The notes under the pieces are model-generated. The model had not been told where the DNA came from. It did no database searches and worked only from the letters and a program-made list of their open reading frames with translations. Positions 38,618-50,433 of a DNA stretch of 64,000 nt are shown piece after piece. A program made the position numbers and the translations under genes. Within the stretch, counting starts at the first letter, position 1; every line of letters begins with the position of its first letter. This stretch comes from a candidate division FCPU426 bacterium (GTDB lineage Bacteria > Oederibacteriota > Muellerivitia > Muellerivitales > Muellerivitaceae): the NCBI GenBank assembly GCA_963738405.1, contig CAVTWJ010000020.1:1-64000 (forward strand). Direction: 5' to 3'.

Positions 38618-40168
38618 TTAGGGTGTTTGTGTTTGGCTAGGTGTGGCCTGCTGGCTTGGTCCGGTTGTTTGAGACTGAGACACCGGGGCTTCTGAGGAAG
38701 TCGATTTATCTTTTTGATCCGGTGAAACCGATTCGTCCGGAGCCTCTTTGGAGGCCGGGCCCTTTTCATGGGGGTTGTCCCATTGGCGGTTGGGATTAAC
38801 CTGGGGAGCCTTTTGGTCGTCGCCTTCCGTGCCGTGCTGGTGCCTTGGGGATTGGTTTTTCGGGGAAGATGCGGTGTCGGGGGTGTTATCGGTTTGGGCC
38901 TGGTTTGGGTTGGCGTTGTTGGTTGCTGCGGGTTCCGATGCTGGCCCAGGCACTTGGTCGGAGCTGGGGTTTTCTTGGTTATGTCCAGCTCTCCGGCGCC
39001 CCCGTGTGAAATCGGAAGAAGACTGCCCTTTATTATTCATATCATGTTGGTTAGGCGATTGAGCCGCAGTCACAGGCGTGACTTCAGGGCGATGGTCCGA
39101 TGGGGGGGCAGTGGTCGGCTGGTTTGGGGCTGAGGGTTGGGGAATCGGCGTGGGAGCGAAGAGATGAGCCGGTGGAGCTTGGGGCATCGGGGTGGGAGTT
39201 GGGATGGGGGCTTGGACTTGAGGCAGGGGTGTGGCGGTCGGGATGATTTTATTCCAGCCGCGCGCCGGGGGATTGCCGCCCTGAGGCGCCGTGGAATTAT
39301 TTTGGGCCGAGGGTTGCCAGATTTGGCCGGCGTTGCGGGGCGGAGGGTAATTGCCTTGCGGGGCTGTGGAGGGGCGGGAAGTGTTCGCGGTCCAGGCGGG
39401 CGGCTGATTCCAGCTTGAAACATAAGGGTTGGGTTGTTGGTTCATTTGGGTATCCCAGCTGTCATAGTGGTCTCGGTTCCAATCGCTATGGGCGTGTCGG
39501 GCCCTGAAATCCATATAGCGGTAGTTGTCGTCGATCATCCGGCGTAGGTCGTAGATCTGGTCCGCGGTCAAATAGAGCCTGCTGTTTTGACGGTAATCGT
39601 CCATTTCCATATTCCGCACGATCTGGAGGCGTTCGTTGATGTCCTGCGCCTGATCGGGGGACCATTTACCGGACTCCACGGCTTGATCCAAGCGGGCCTG
39701 CTGCCGGCGGATGTGGATATCCAAGTAGCATTGGCTGAGGCTTTCGTTAGATCCCTCGAATTTTGAATCCCATTTGTTTTGGAAGGTTTGCGACCATTGG
39801 GTGTTGTTAGAAACAGCATCCCTGATCATGCCGGCGTTATCCCTCAACATGGCGGTGAGGATGGTGGTTTGGCCGGGATTGAGGTCTTGGGGCGGGTTGA
39901 CGGCGTTTTGATCCTGTTGGGCCAGCCATTGGATCCTCAAGTCGTTGTCCTTCAACACGGCGGCCATGTCCGCATTCAAGATGTTGTTTTGCCAGTCGGT
40001 ATTAATCGTGTTGATCTGGTTTCGAATTTGATTTTGGACCCATTGGGCGTTGGGAAAAGCGGAGGGCGTCCGCTGCAACTGCACAAAGGTCACGTTACAG
40101 CCCTGAAGACCAAAGAATGACAAACCGAGTCCCAGCGTGATGGAAAGATTTAAAAGATTTCTGTTCAT
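38618..40168 (-). CDS. Putative lipoprotein with a helical N-terminal region and a long P/Q/S/T-rich disordered tail
   Basis: Lipobox LQGC at residues 20-23; low-complexity C-terminal half. Confidence 0.7.
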   Translation of the reverse strand: MNRNLLNLSITLGLGLSFFGLQGCNVTFVQLQRTPSAFPNAQWVQNQIRNQINTINTDWQNNILNADMAAVLKDNDLRIQWLAQQDQNAVNPPQDLNPGQTTILTAMLRDNAGMIRDAVSNNTQWSQTFQNKWDSKFEGSNESLSQCYLDIHIRRQQARLDQAVESGKWSPDQAQDINERLQIVRNMEMDDYRQNSRLYLTADQIYDLRRMIDDNYRYMDFRARHAHSDWNRDHYDSWDTQMNQQPNPYVSSWNQPPAWTANTSRPSTAPQGNYPPPRNAGQIWQPSAQNNSTAPQGGNPPARGWNKIIPTATPLPQVQAPIPTPTPMPQAPPAHLFAPTPIPQPSAPNQPTTAPPSDHRPEVTPVTAAQSPNQHDMNNKGQSSSDFTRGRRRAGHNQENPSSDQVPGPASEPAATNNANPNQAQTDNTPDTASSPKNQSPRHQHGTEGDDQKAPQVNPNRQWDNPHEKGPASKEAPDESVSPDQKDKSTSSEAPVSQSQTTGPSQQATPSQTQTP

Positions 40169-40319
40169 GTGAGATATCCTTGCCGCTTTAAACGTCTAAT
40201 GATTGGACGAACGACGGCGTTTATTTGTTTTCATCAACGGTCTTATTGTAATCAGGCTGGAGGGAGGTATGAAAATTCATTTCTTGAAGCCTTTTCAGGG
40301 GCGCGGGTATGATGCCCCG

Positions 40320-41114
40320 GTGCGTAAATACTTTGCAAAACTACTTCTTTTTATCTGCTTTTTCAGCCCATTAGCGCCCCTTTGGGCGGGAACCGAACTC
40401 AAGGCTTATGTGGAATGTTATGCCGATAAACAGGCCTGGGTGAATTTGCGGGTTTCCATCAGCGACGACCACTTGAAGATCCATTTTAACGGGCCCTGGT
40501 GCCTGGGGGCATTGGTTTACGACCGTGAAACATCTGAAATTACCGTGATGGATGACATCAAGAAAACTGTTTTTACCCTGACCCATGACAACCAAGCGGC
40601 CCTTAAGTTCATGGCCAACTTGGCCTCTGGAAAACTTATCGCGGGGATTGCCGGCTCCACCCCCAGCGCCAAGAAAACTTATGCCATGGTCACAGAAAAC
40701 GCCCGGTCCTTTTTTAATGGGGTTCCGGTATTGAAAGAAAAAGGCGATTCGAAGGGTAATTTTACCTGCGATCTATATGAAACTGATATCGACGGGGTCA
40801 AGGCCCGCGAGGTATGGGTGACGAGTCCAGAGGACGCTGGCATCGGCGGGGAAGACCTCGATACTTTCCGCAGTTTAGTCCACTTAATGGTGGATCTTTG
40901 CGGGGACGAATTATCCCAATTGGGCGCGGACACCACGACCTTTCAACAGGTCCTTTCCTCTTCCGCCCTGCCGGTTTACGCGAACCTTTACGCTAAGGGC
41001 AAGCGTTCCTGCAACTTTCAGATGCTGGGGGTCCGTACCCGTACTTTTGACCCCAACGATTTTGTCCCGCCCGCCAATTACCGCGTCCTGACCTTGTTGG
41101 ATATGATCAAGTAA
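40320..41114 (+). CDS. Secreted hypothetical protein (DUF4412-like pattern)
   Basis: Signal peptide ending LWA; CDLYE..EVWVT and FVPPANY motifs; start uncertain (ORF is open from 40203). Confidence 0.5.
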   Translation: MRKYFAKLLLFICFFSPLAPLWAGTELKAYVECYADKQAWVNLRVSISDDHLKIHFNGPWCLGALVYDRETSEITVMDDIKKTVFTLTHDNQAALKFMANLASGKLIAGIAGSTPSAKKTYAMVTENARSFFNGVPVLKEKGDSKGNFTCDLYETDIDGVKAREVWVTSPEDAGIGGEDLDTFRSLVHLMVDLCGDELSQLGADTTTFQQVLSSSALPVYANLYAKGKRSCNFQMLGVRTRTFDPNDFVPPANYRVLTLLDMIK

Positions 41115-41138
41115 GATTCTTGAATCCTCGGGATAAAA

Positions 41139-41843
41139 ATGATGCCCTTTAAATTTTCCCTCTTGTTGCTTTTGGTTTCCGTCCCTTGGCTTTCCGGTTG
41201 CGGGCCCCTCGCCAACCATTACAACGACCTGGGCGCCCAGGCTTTTGGTCTAAAGGACTTATCGGCGGCCCGGGAAAATTTCAAAAAGGCTGTTTGGTTC
41301 GACGGCGGTAATGCAACCTTTCATAACAACCTGGGTTATTGCCTCTACCAGTTAAAAGACTTCAATGGCGCGGAAGGGGAGTTTCAAAAGGCGCTTTTGG
41401 ATTCGCCTTCGGAAAGTTTGATCCGCCAAATCAAAATCAATCAAGTTCTCCTCTATTGCGACGGACCAATCAATAGGTCTCTCGCCAGTAAGGAGTGGGA
41501 CAACAAGGGGATTGGAATTCTTAACGAGCTATTAAAAGAAGACCCGAATAACGCCGAGTTCCATATGCGGTTGGGATTCGCTTATTTCCAGGCCGCCAAT
41601 CCGGGCGGAGGGTTCATCGAACTTGATAAGGCGGTTCAATTGGCCACTCCCGCTGTTGTTGCCGGATACACCCAGGACCCCTTGGCGGGAAGTCTCCTGA
41701 TCCTCCAGCAGATTCAGCAGTTTTATGTCGGTGTCCATTTTTTAAAAAAATCCACTGAGGTGAGTGACAAGATCGCCAAAATACTCAGAATGAGTAAAAG
41801 TCCTCCCAAGGCCGCCAAAACCCGCCCAAAACTACAAAATTAG
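41139..41843 (+). CDS. TPR lipoprotein
   Basis: Lipobox LSGC; HNNLGYCLY and DPNNAEFHMRLG TPR motifs. Confidence 0.75.
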   Translation: MMPFKFSLLLLLVSVPWLSGCGPLANHYNDLGAQAFGLKDLSAARENFKKAVWFDGGNATFHNNLGYCLYQLKDFNGAEGEFQKALLDSPSESLIRQIKINQVLLYCDGPINRSLASKEWDNKGIGILNELLKEDPNNAEFHMRLGFAYFQAANPGGGFIELDKAVQLATPAVVAGYTQDPLAGSLLILQQIQQFYVGVHFLKKSTEVSDKIAKILRMSKSPPKAAKTRPKLQN

Positions 41844-42059
41844 CTCCCTTTTCACCATGGAATCGTTTTGACTGCCTTCGGTTTAAGCGTTAAAATTCAG
41901 TGCAAAATTAGCCAAAAGGCATTTGTCAATTTCTTGCTTTGAGATCAAACCTTTTGGCGCCGCTTTTTCCGGATGACCCCGGGTCTGAAAGCCGGTCTCT
42001 TTTCCTCAAAAAAAGTAACAAATCGCCGAATCCAATTTCGGTATAGACCCGGGGTTTGA

Positions 42060-45000
42060 GTGCGAAAATTCATTCGTGTCATAGGGCTGTTTTTGTTGAC
42101 CGCGGGCGCGGCGTTTCTTTGCGCCTTCGGGGGCAATCAAAGCGCGAATGTGGTCATCGGCCACCAGGTTTTTACCAACGGAAATTTCAACAACGTCTCC
42201 GTTAGCGGGTCCGGCTTGGGCAACCCGGTCGCCATGGATTACGACGGCACCAACCTTTATATCGCCGATTACACCACCAGCCGGGTCCTGGTTTATACCG
42301 GTATTCCCACATCCTTTAACGCCTCGGCGGCTTGGGTTTTCGGCCAGCCCAATTTGACCTCTTCGGGCGAAAATCAGAGCCTGGGGGCCCCGACCAACCA
42401 AACCCTCGACCTGCCCAACGACGTTTATAGCGACGGCACCAACCTGTACATCGCTGATACGGGCAACAACCGGGTGCTGGTCTACGGCCTGCCGGTAACC
42501 GCCAACGACGAGCCTGCCGGCATCGTGATCGGCCAATCCAGTTTCACGGCGGCGGTTACGGCCGCTTCCAAAAAAGGCCTGAACGGTCCTACTGGGGTTT
42601 ATTCCTTCGGCGGGAATCTTTACGTCACGGACGGCGATAACAACCGTGTCATGGTTTACACCATTTCCAGCCTGGCTACAACCAGCACGAGCGCCGCCAA
42701 CGAGTTAGGGCAGGCGAGCGGCGGAAGCGCCTTCACCTCATTCGCCCCTAACCAGGGGGGCACCCCCTCGGCGGGAACGTTGTACTATCCTACGGGCGTC
42801 TGCGCGGCGGGCACCACTTTGGCCGTGTGCGACGACGCCAACAACCGGGTGTTGCTTTACACCCTGCCCGTTTCCAACGGCCAAAACGCCTCGGTGGTCA
42901 TTGGCCAGGGCAGCATGGCCACCACCACTTTGAGCGCTCCCACCTCCACGAGCCTGGATTTTCCCGAAAGGGTCGCCAGCGACGGTACTAAAATTTTCAT
43001 CACGGATACCGAAAACAACCGGGTTCTTATTTTTAACAGTTTCCCCGCCTCCTCCGGGGCGGCCGCGAATGAGGTTGTAGGCCAAGGCTCCATGACGAGC
43101 AATTCCTTCAACCAGGGGACCCTCAGCGCCAGCGCCAACGAGCTTTACAAGCCCTTCGGCGCCTTCAGCACTGGAACCACCCTCATGATTGCCGATACCT
43201 ACAACAACCGGGCTTTGATTTACGGCGGTATTCCTGTCACCAACAACGCCCCCGCCGTTCTCGCCATCGGCCAGCCGGACATCGTCAGCAGCAACCAGTA
43301 TCAGCAGGTGCCCCAGCAGTGGTCTCCCGGTTCCATCATGGTAGACCCGAACAACAAAGTGATTGTGGCGGATAATTTCAACAACCGGGTTCTCATCTAC
43401 AACGGCATACCGGTCACCAATTACGCCCAGCCCAACGTGATCTTGGGCCAGCCCAACGGAACCTACCTGGGCACCGGGTGCAGTGTCAGCCAGTTGGACG
43501 GGCCGGTCGGCGCTTACAGTAACGGCAGTCAGCTGTTCGTGTCGGACACGAACAACCACCGCGTCCTTGTTTTCGGCCCCCCCTTTCCCACCTCCAATGG
43601 CGCATCCGCCAGCACCGTTTTGGGACAGACGAGTTTTACAGCAGGGCTCCCCAACCAAAACGGCTCCTCGACTTGCGGTCAAACGACATTGGATGAACCC
43701 AAGGGGATCTGGGCAAACAATAATGGAACCACGATCGCGGTGGCAGATTACGGGAACAACCGGGTCTTGATCTACGAAAACCCCGCCACCACCACCAACG
43801 CTCCGGCCGCCATCGAAATTGGAGAAAAGAACTTCACAGACAATACAACCGGTAGCACCGGTGCCGATACCGGTGTCACAACCCTTTACGCGCCGGATTC
43901 GGTTCAATTCGACGGCACCCGCCTGATCGTCGGGGACGCGGGCGACAACCGCGTCATGATTTGGAACAGCATGCCAGCTTCCAGTAACGCGCCGTCCAAT
44001 GTGATCCTTGGACAATCCTCGATCTCCGGTTTTAACCCCAACCAGGGCAACGCGGCCCCCACATCCCAAACACTGGCTTTTTGCAACGCGTCTTATGTCA
44101 TTGGGTCGTCGGTTTATAGCGATGGCGTCAGTTTGTACATAGGCGATTCAGTCAATAACCGTGTATTGATTTACAACAACCTTGCCACCCTGCCAGCGCT
44201 GAACGGGGCGGCCACCGCTGTTTTGGGCCAGGCCAACATGGGCGCCTCCATCTTGAATGCCCCATCGGGGCTCACCAACAGTCAGGGCTTTTACCAGCCT
44301 TCCGGGGTGAATTTCCACTCCGGGTACCTTGCCGTGGAAGACCTGGGCAACAACCGGTCCCTCATCTTTGACCCGCCTACGCCCGTTCCCAACAGCACCC
44401 CCTGCGTTCAAAGCCTGGTTTACGACAGCGGGGGTGCGGATACGGCCTCCGCCATCGCGGTGGATTCGAGCGGCAACGTTTATGTGGGCGGAACCTCCCC
44501 GAATGGGGCGAACACCCAGTTTAGGATCATCAAATACGGCCCCACGGGAAATACGGTCTGGAACAACACCTTTTATCCGGCGGCCAACGCCATTTTGAAC
44601 GGGCTGACCCTGGATTCCAGCGGCGACGTTTTCGCCGTGGGCTCCCAGCAGGGGGCCAACGGGCGTCTTTACCTGACGTTGAAACTTAATTCGGCGGGTG
44701 TATCCCAATGGGCCCAAACCTACGACGGCACCGGCAACGCGCACGATAACGACGCCTTCGGGGCCTGGGTGGACCCCACGAATACCTACGTCTACGTCAC
44801 AGGCCGGTCCTGGACCACCTCCAACTGGGACATCATGACCGTCAAATACAACATGTCCGGGACCCTGCAGGGCGGCTATCCGGTCAAATACGATTCGGGA
44901 GGCAACCATGACCAGGCTTTCGCCATCGCCGGGGACGCCGGCGGTAATTTTTACGTGGGCGGGGAATCGGACTTGGCCGGAGTTAACCAGGACCGGCTGA

Positions 45001-48000
45001 TCAAATACAGCTCGGCGGGGGCAGCGCTGTGGAACATGGAAGTGACGGCGTCAAACGGCGAAATGATCCAGGGCCTGGCCCTGGACCCCACCGGAACCTG
45101 GGTTTATTCCAACGGCTATTTCAACAACGGCGGCCACAACGTCGGGCGATTGCTGGAGTGGAACGCATCCTCAGGGGTCACCGTATGGGATACCGATTAT
45201 CCAGTTAACACCCTATCCACCTCCGGGACCGGCGTGGCGGTGGACGCCCAGGGCAATGTTTACACCGTATTGCAGGACAGCACGAACAACAAATTCCACA
45301 CCGTGAAATATGACCCCTACGGCAATTTGATATGGGACCTCCAATTTACCCGGGGCTTGGGGGTGGACCAATCGAACGCCCTGGCCTTGAACGGCTACGA
45401 CCTTTGGGTCACGGGCCAATCCTCCAATGGGGCCAACAATGACTTTTTAACGATGAAATATCAATTCAACAGCAGCTGCCCCTACACCGCTACCGTTACC
45501 ACTACCCCGACTGGCACGCCAACAGCCACGGCCACTTCCGTGCCCGTTTGCCCTGTTTCCCTGGTCAGCGCAGCCGCCACCTATACCAGCGCGGGCTCTG
45601 CCGTGACGCTCAACAGCGTCACCGTCAGCGGTACCAACCCTTTGCTTTTAGTCCAGGTGATTTTACAAACCAGTTCATCCATCGTGTCCTCGGCCAATTG
45701 GGGCTCTGCGCCGATGAGCCTGGTCCAGCGCAATTCGGCCAATGGGTTCGATCACGAGGTTTGGAAGATAGTGAATCCCAACCCCGGCACGGCCTCGGTC
45801 ACCATCCAATGCTCCAGCGGAGGGAATCCCTATGTGGGCGCCCTGGTTTACGCGGGGGTCAATGAAGCCAGCCCCATTGGGACCGTTAATTTTGTTACCG
45901 GAACCGGACCAAGCGCCACGGTCAACCTGACGGCCACCCAAAATTACAGCACTATCCTCGACCTTTTCAATTTCTATTTCGTCGGGTCCTCCACCCTGGC
46001 GGCGGGTCAAACCCAGCGTTGGACTGAGAATTTCGGGGGCTATACAAGCCTTGGGGACGACAAGTCCGCCGGGGTTTCCGGGGTTTATTCCATGGGTTAT
46101 ACCATCAGCGGCAGCACGCCCTGGGAAGCCCTGGCGGTCGAAGTTGAAGCGGCGGGCTGCGCAACCAACACGCCGACCCAAACACCCAGTCCAACAGTCA
46201 CCATTACTCCCACCATCACCCCAACCAGCGGCTCCAGTTGTTACGGCCCCATGGGCTATAACCAGCCTTCCGGAGGTTTTACCAATGCCGGCGGTTACAT
46301 CAATTGTTACGCGGTAAGCCTTTTGTCGGCTGTGACGGTGGTGGATTTTAATATCGATTTGGGACCCACGGTGCCGGCGACCATGGGGATAGGACTTTAC
46401 ACCAACGGGGCTTCCCAGCCCCTCAGCCTGCTGGCCAGTGTGGCCTTTGCGCCCAACGCCAATTCTTGGAATTCCGTTCCCATCGCCAACGTCACCCTTA
46501 ATCCGGGTCTTTACTGGTTGGCCTACAACATCACCAGTTCGGCAAGCGTTTCCTATGGGTCCTCGACTCCGGTGAGTGTTTACCAAATGTCCCAGTCTAT
46601 CTACGGCGCCTTGCCCACGACCATTTCCAACGGGGGTAATCCGGGTTTGATCGACCCGCCCGGCATTTACATGGATACCTATTGCTCCACCACGCCTACC
46701 CCCACCCTCACCAATACGCCTACTATCACCCCAAGTCCCGTAAACACCGCTACGCCGGGGTGTCCGGGCCCGATCGGGTTCAGCCAAACCCTCACCCCAG
46801 TGAACAATTTCAGCGGTAATTACATCGATTGCTACGCTGTGACGCTGGCCTATGGTGTGACCGTGACAGACTTTCAGTTTTACGTGGGCGCGACAGCCCC
46901 TGCTTCCATGATTTTAGGTCTGTACAACGACAACGGATTTTCCGAACCGCTCAACCTTCAAACAAGCGTGACCATCGCGCCTACGGCCAATTCGTGGAAC
47001 ACGGCACCCATTGGCAGTCTGACCCTAAACAGTGGTACTTACTGGCTAGCCTATAACGTCCCAAGTCTAGTCAATGATGACTATGGGGCTACCGGTTCCG
47101 TGACTTTCTATCAATTATCCCAGACTTTCGGTCCCGTCTTTCCCGCGACGATGCCGGTCACGGGAAATCACGGGTCAATCCAACCGCCTTCTTTCTATAT
47201 GGATACCTACTGCAACGTCACCGCGACCCCCACGCCGACGGTGACACTAACCGCTACGTTGACCCCCACGCTTACCCCCCTGCCGTCACTGGGCGTCAAT
47301 AACGCCTCCTCGAACGAGGGAAGCCCCCTGAATTTCATCATCTCCATTTTCCCGGCCGCATCGCAGGATGTGACCTTCCTTTGTTCTACAGCGGATGGGA
47401 CGGCTTTGGCGGGTACGAATTACACTCCCCTCAGTAATTTTCCGGTGACGATTCTGGCGGGGAACGCCAACGCTTTGGTGAACGTATTTACAACCTATAC
47501 GGCCGGGCAAAGCGCCCAATTGGCCATGACCTTGACCATTAGCAATGTCTCTTCCGACGCCTCCATCGGCACGGGAAGCGGGACTGGATTTATCAATTAT
47601 TTGGCGCCCACCGCCACCGGTACCCCCACGGTCACGCCGACCACAACGCCGACTGCAACCCTCACCCCCACCTGCGTCACAATGCCCCTTTCCGGCGTCA
47701 CTTATCCCAACCAGCCCTATGTCAACGTCATCACCTCCATCTCCGGCACGGGCACAGCCTATTGCGGGAGCCTGACCAACGTGCAAATCACGCTCCAGCG
47801 GCTTTCGGACAATTTTTATTGGAACCCGGTCATCCCCGGCTGGCAGTCGTCCCTCCTTTATTTGGCCACGTCGGGTTCTCCCTCCAACTGGAACTTTAAC
47901 AGTTCATCCATACCCTTCGTGAATGGCGCTTCCTATGAGGTCACTTCCCGGGCGCAGGACAGCTACAACAATACCCAAACCGTCTTCGCCCCCGTCAGCT

Positions 48001-50333
48001 TCACCCTTTGCAATACCCTGCCATTTCAAAACATCACCGCTCCCGTCAACGGCAATTCCTATTTGGCGTTGCTTTCCATTCAGGGCACGGCGGCCTCCTG
48101 CGCGCCGATCCCGACGCCCCAGATATTCATTCAGCGCCAAAGCGACGGATATTATTGGAACGGGGTCGCCTGGAGCCCCGCGGGCCCCCTCTGGAACCCA
48201 GTTTCCGGCTCAACCTCCTGGACCTACGGCAGTGTCCCTCTCTGGACACCGGATAATTACATTACCCAAACCAATATCTTGGTGGACGCGGCGGGGAATA
48301 CCGGTCCCCCCAGCGCGGCGGTGACCTTCTCCATCATCTTGCCGACAGCCACACCTACCGACACACCAACAGCGACCCTGACATTCACTCAGACCGCCAC
48401 GCCGACCTTTACTCAAACCGCTACACCGACGTTTACTCAGACTGCTACGCCCACCTTCACTCAAACCACAACCCCGACTTTCACGCAGACGGCAACCCCG
48501 ACTTTCACTCAAACGGCAACGCCGACCTTCACCCAGACGGCAACCCCGACATTTACCCAGACAGACACTCCGACCTTTACGCAAACCGCAACCCCGACTT
48601 TCACGCAGACGGCTACACCCACTTTCACTCAAACGGCAACGCCGACCTTCACCCAGACGGCAACCCCGACATTTACTCAAACCGCAACCCCCACATTTAC
48701 GCAAACGGCCACTCCGACCTTCACGCAGACTGCAACTGCAACCTTTACCCAAACTGCAACACCTACTTTTACTCAGACCGCCACTCCGACGTTTACTCAG
48801 ACCGCTACACCCACGTTCACTCAAACGGCCACACCGACCTTTACTCAGACGGCAACTCCCACCTTCACGCAGACTGCTACGCCTACTTTCACTCAAACAG
48901 CCACCCCGACCTTTACACAGACGGCAACTCCCACGTTTACACAAACAGCTACACCTACATTTACTCAGACCGCTACACCCACGTTCACTCAAACGGCGAC
49001 ACCAACCTTCACCCAAACAGCCACCCCGACCTTCACACAGACTGCCACTCCGACATTTACTCAGACCGCTACACCGACACAAACCCAAACCTTCACTCAA
49101 ACGGCCACACAGACCTTTACACAAACAGCCACACCCACCGCTACCCAGACCGCCACTCCGACGTTTACTCAGACGGCAACCCCCACATTCACCCAGACAG
49201 CTACACCGACACAAACCCAGACCTTTACACAGACATTCGTATTCACCGCGACGAAAACCGCGACGCTCACTTTCACGCAAACGGCCACTCCAACGTTCAC
49301 GCAGACTACTACCCCCACCTTTACCCAAACGGCAACACCTACTTTTACGCAAACAGCGACGCCAACCTTTACTCAGACCGCGACCACTACATCCACCCAA
49401 ACGGCGACACCTACTTTTACACAGACCGCCACTCCGACATTCACCCGGACGGCAACCCCCACCTTTACGCAAACGGCTACACCTACCTTTACTCAAACTT
49501 CAACACCGACCGCCACTCAAACGGCTACTCCAACCTTCACGCAAACGGCCACACCCACCGTTACCAAAACGGCGACCTTGACCTTTACCCAAACACAAAC
49601 CCCTACGGCTACCCAGACCGCCACAACCACCAGCACCCCGACTAACACCGGTACCGCCACCTCGACCTTTACCACTACTTCCACGCCCACGAATTCGCCC
49701 ACCGTGACTTCAACCAGTACGGTCACCTCTTCCCCCACGGTCACCCCCACGGCAACCCAAACCGCCACACTGACCGCGACCCAGACTCAAACCACGACCT
49801 TTACCCAGACTTCCACCTTTACGGCCGTTTTTTCTGCCACCCCCACTTGGACCCCGTCGCCCACCGGCACACCCACTCCCAGCTTTACGATTACACCTTC
49901 CCCAACTTACACCTCCACGGCCACGCCCACCGCCACTGGAACCCCGACCATTACCAATACTTCAACCTTCACCCCCACGATCACCTTTACGCCTACCATT
50001 ACCCTGTCGCCCACCGTTACCGGGTCGGTCACCAATACCCCCACGCCGGATGTGCCCATGTACCTGTCGGATAACTATTTCGACCCCAAGACGGGGGCGA
50101 CTTTGGGGATCGACGTGCTGATAACCCAGGGCGGGGGAGTGAAGATCATCGTTTGCAATATGCTGGGAGAAGAGGTGGATAAGCTGGTGGACCAGAGCCT
50201 GAGCCCCGGCAGTTTCCATTTCACCTGGGATGGGCGCAACCGCATGGGGGATATGGTGGGGAACGGCGTTTATCTGGTGGTGATTGAACAGCCTTCGGGC
50301 AATTTCATAAGAAAATGTATTATTTTGAAGTAG
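42060..50333 (+). CDS. 2757-aa secreted surface protein: NHL propellers, SBBP-like propeller, repeated beta domains, Calx-beta-like and Ig-like domains, Thr-rich stalk, FlgD/T9SS-CTD-like tail
   Basis: Signal peptide; [13 protein letters not shown] repeats; [13 protein letters not shown] repeats; [12 protein letters not shown]; (TFTQTATP)n; WDGRN..G..VGNGVY..KCIILK. Confidence 0.9.
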   Translation: MRKFIRVIGLFLLTAGAAFLCAFGGNQSANVVIGHQVFTNGNFNNVSVSGSGLGNPVAMDYDGTNLYIADYTTSRVLVYTGIPTSFNASAAWVFGQPNLTSSGENQSLGAPTNQTLDLPNDVYSDGTNLYIADTGNNRVLVYGLPVTANDEPAGIVIGQSSFTAAVTAASKKGLNGPTGVYSFGGNLYVTDGDNNRVMVYTISSLATTSTSAANELGQASGGSAFTSFAPNQGGTPSAGTLYYPTGVCAAGTTLAVCDDANNRVLLYTLPVSNGQNASVVIGQGSMATTTLSAPTSTSLDFPERVASDGTKIFITDTENNRVLIFNSFPASSGAAANEVVGQGSMTSNSFNQGTLSASANELYKPFGAFSTGTTLMIADTYNNRALIYGGIPVTNNAPAVLAIGQPDIVSSNQYQQVPQQWSPGSIMVDPNNKVIVADNFNNRVLIYNGIPVTNYAQPNVILGQPNGTYLGTGCSVSQLDGPVGAYSNGSQLFVSDTNNHRVLVFGPPFPTSNGASASTVLGQTSFTAGLPNQNGSSTCGQTTLDEPKGIWANNNGTTIAVADYGNNRVLIYENPATTTNAPAAIEIGEKNFTDNTTGSTGADTGVTTLYAPDSVQFDGTRLIVGDAGDNRVMIWNSMPASSNAPSNVILGQSSISGFNPNQGNAAPTSQTLAFCNASYVIGSSVYSDGVSLYIGDSVNNRVLIYNNLATLPALNGAATAVLGQANMGASILNAPSGLTNSQGFYQPSGVNFHSGYLAVEDLGNNRSLIFDPPTPVPNSTPCVQSLVYDSGGADTASAIAVDSSGNVYVGGTSPNGANTQFRIIKYGPTGNTVWNNTFYPAANAILNGLTLDSSGDVFAVGSQQGANGRLYLTLKLNSAGVSQWAQTYDGTGNAHDNDAFGAWVDPTNTYVYVTGRSWTTSNWDIMTVKYNMSGTLQGGYPVKYDSGGNHDQAFAIAGDAGGNFYVGGESDLAGVNQDRLIKYSSAGAALWNMEVTASNGEMIQGLALDPTGTWVYSNGYFNNGGHNVGRLLEWNASSGVTVWDTDYPVNTLSTSGTGVAVDAQGNVYTVLQDSTNNKFHTVKYDPYGNLIWDLQFTRGLGVDQSNALALNGYDLWVTGQSSNGANNDFLTMKYQFNSSCPYTATVTTTPTGTPTATATSVPVCPVSLVSAAATYTSAGSAVTLNSVTVSGTNPLLLVQVILQTSSSIVSSANWGSAPMSLVQRNSANGFDHEVWKIVNPNPGTASVTIQCSSGGNPYVGALVYAGVNEASPIGTVNFVTGTGPSATVNLTATQNYSTILDLFNFYFVGSSTLAAGQTQRWTENFGGYTSLGDDKSAGVSGVYSMGYTISGSTPWEALAVEVEAAGCATNTPTQTPSPTVTITPTITPTSGSSCYGPMGYNQPSGGFTNAGGYINCYAVSLLSAVTVVDFNIDLGPTVPATMGIGLYTNGASQPLSLLASVAFAPNANSWNSVPIANVTLNPGLYWLAYNITSSASVSYGSSTPVSVYQMSQSIYGALPTTISNGGNPGLIDPPGIYMDTYCSTTPTPTLTNTPTITPSPVNTATPGCPGPIGFSQTLTPVNNFSGNYIDCYAVTLAYGVTVTDFQFYVGATAPASMILGLYNDNGFSEPLNLQTSVTIAPTANSWNTAPIGSLTLNSGTYWLAYNVPSLVNDDYGATGSVTFYQLSQTFGPVFPATMPVTGNHGSIQPPSFYMDTYCNVTATPTPTVTLTATLTPTLTPLPSLGVNNASSNEGSPLNFIISIFPAASQDVTFLCSTADGTALAGTNYTPLSNFPVTILAGNANALVNVFTTYTAGQSAQLAMTLTISNVSSDASIGTGSGTGFINYLAPTATGTPTVTPTTTPTATLTPTCVTMPLSGVTYPNQPYVNVITSISGTGTAYCGSLTNVQITLQRLSDNFYWNPVIPGWQSSLLYLATSGSPSNWNFNSSSIPFVNGASYEVTSRAQDSYNNTQTVFAPVSFTLCNTLPFQNITAPVNGNSYLALLSIQGTAASCAPIPTPQIFIQRQSDGYYWNGVAWSPAGPLWNPVSGSTSWTYGSVPLWTPDNYITQTNILVDAAGNTGPPSAAVTFSIILPTATPTDTPTATLTFTQTATPTFTQTATPTFTQTATPTFTQTTTPTFTQTATPTFTQTATPTFTQTATPTFTQTDTPTFTQTATPTFTQTATPTFTQTATPTFTQTATPTFTQTATPTFTQTATPTFTQTATATFTQTATPTFTQTATPTFTQTATPTFTQTATPTFTQTATPTFTQTATPTFTQTATPTFTQTATPTFTQTATPTFTQTATPTFTQTATPTFTQTATPTFTQTATPTFTQTATPTQTQTFTQTATQTFTQTATPTATQTATPTFTQTATPTFTQTATPTQTQTFTQTFVFTATKTATLTFTQTATPTFTQTTTPTFTQTATPTFTQTATPTFTQTATTTSTQTATPTFTQTATPTFTRTATPTFTQTATPTFTQTSTPTATQTATPTFTQTATPTVTKTATLTFTQTQTPTATQTATTTSTPTNTGTATSTFTTTSTPTNSPTVTSTSTVTSSPTVTPTATQTATLTATQTQTTTFTQTSTFTAVFSATPTWTPSPTGTPTPSFTITPSPTYTSTATPTATGTPTITNTSTFTPTITFTPTITLSPTVTGSVTNTPTPDVPMYLSDNYFDPKTGATLGIDVLITQGGGVKIIVCNMLGEEVDKLVDQSLSPGSFHFTWDGRNRMGDMVGNGVYLVVIEQPSGNFIRKCIILK
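48381..49076 (+). repeat. Coding tandem repeat of 29 consecutive 24-nt units (consensus TFTQTATP); degenerate units continue to about 49620
   Basis: 696 nt divided by 24 nt per unit; synonymous codons vary between units. Confidence 0.95.
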
Positions 50334-50433
50334 GCTGGTACTCTAAAAGTCTCCGAATTAAAAATCTTCAAAAAATCCTTATTTTTGGTGCTTAGCGGCT
50401 AAGCATTAAAAATAAGGGAATTTGGGCTCTTGT

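Noticed and set aside
42738..46787. Long minus-strand ORFs (443, 253 and 370 aa)
   Set aside because: Fully overlap the giant + strand gene and carry no recognisable motifs
48210..49496. 428-aa minus-strand ORF with Cys/Arg/Gly repeats
   Set aside because: Antisense shadow of the TFTQTATP repeat; variation between units is synonymous only in the + frame
48381..49620. Possible CRISPR array
   Set aside because: Contiguous in-frame 24-nt coding units with no spacers and no cas genes
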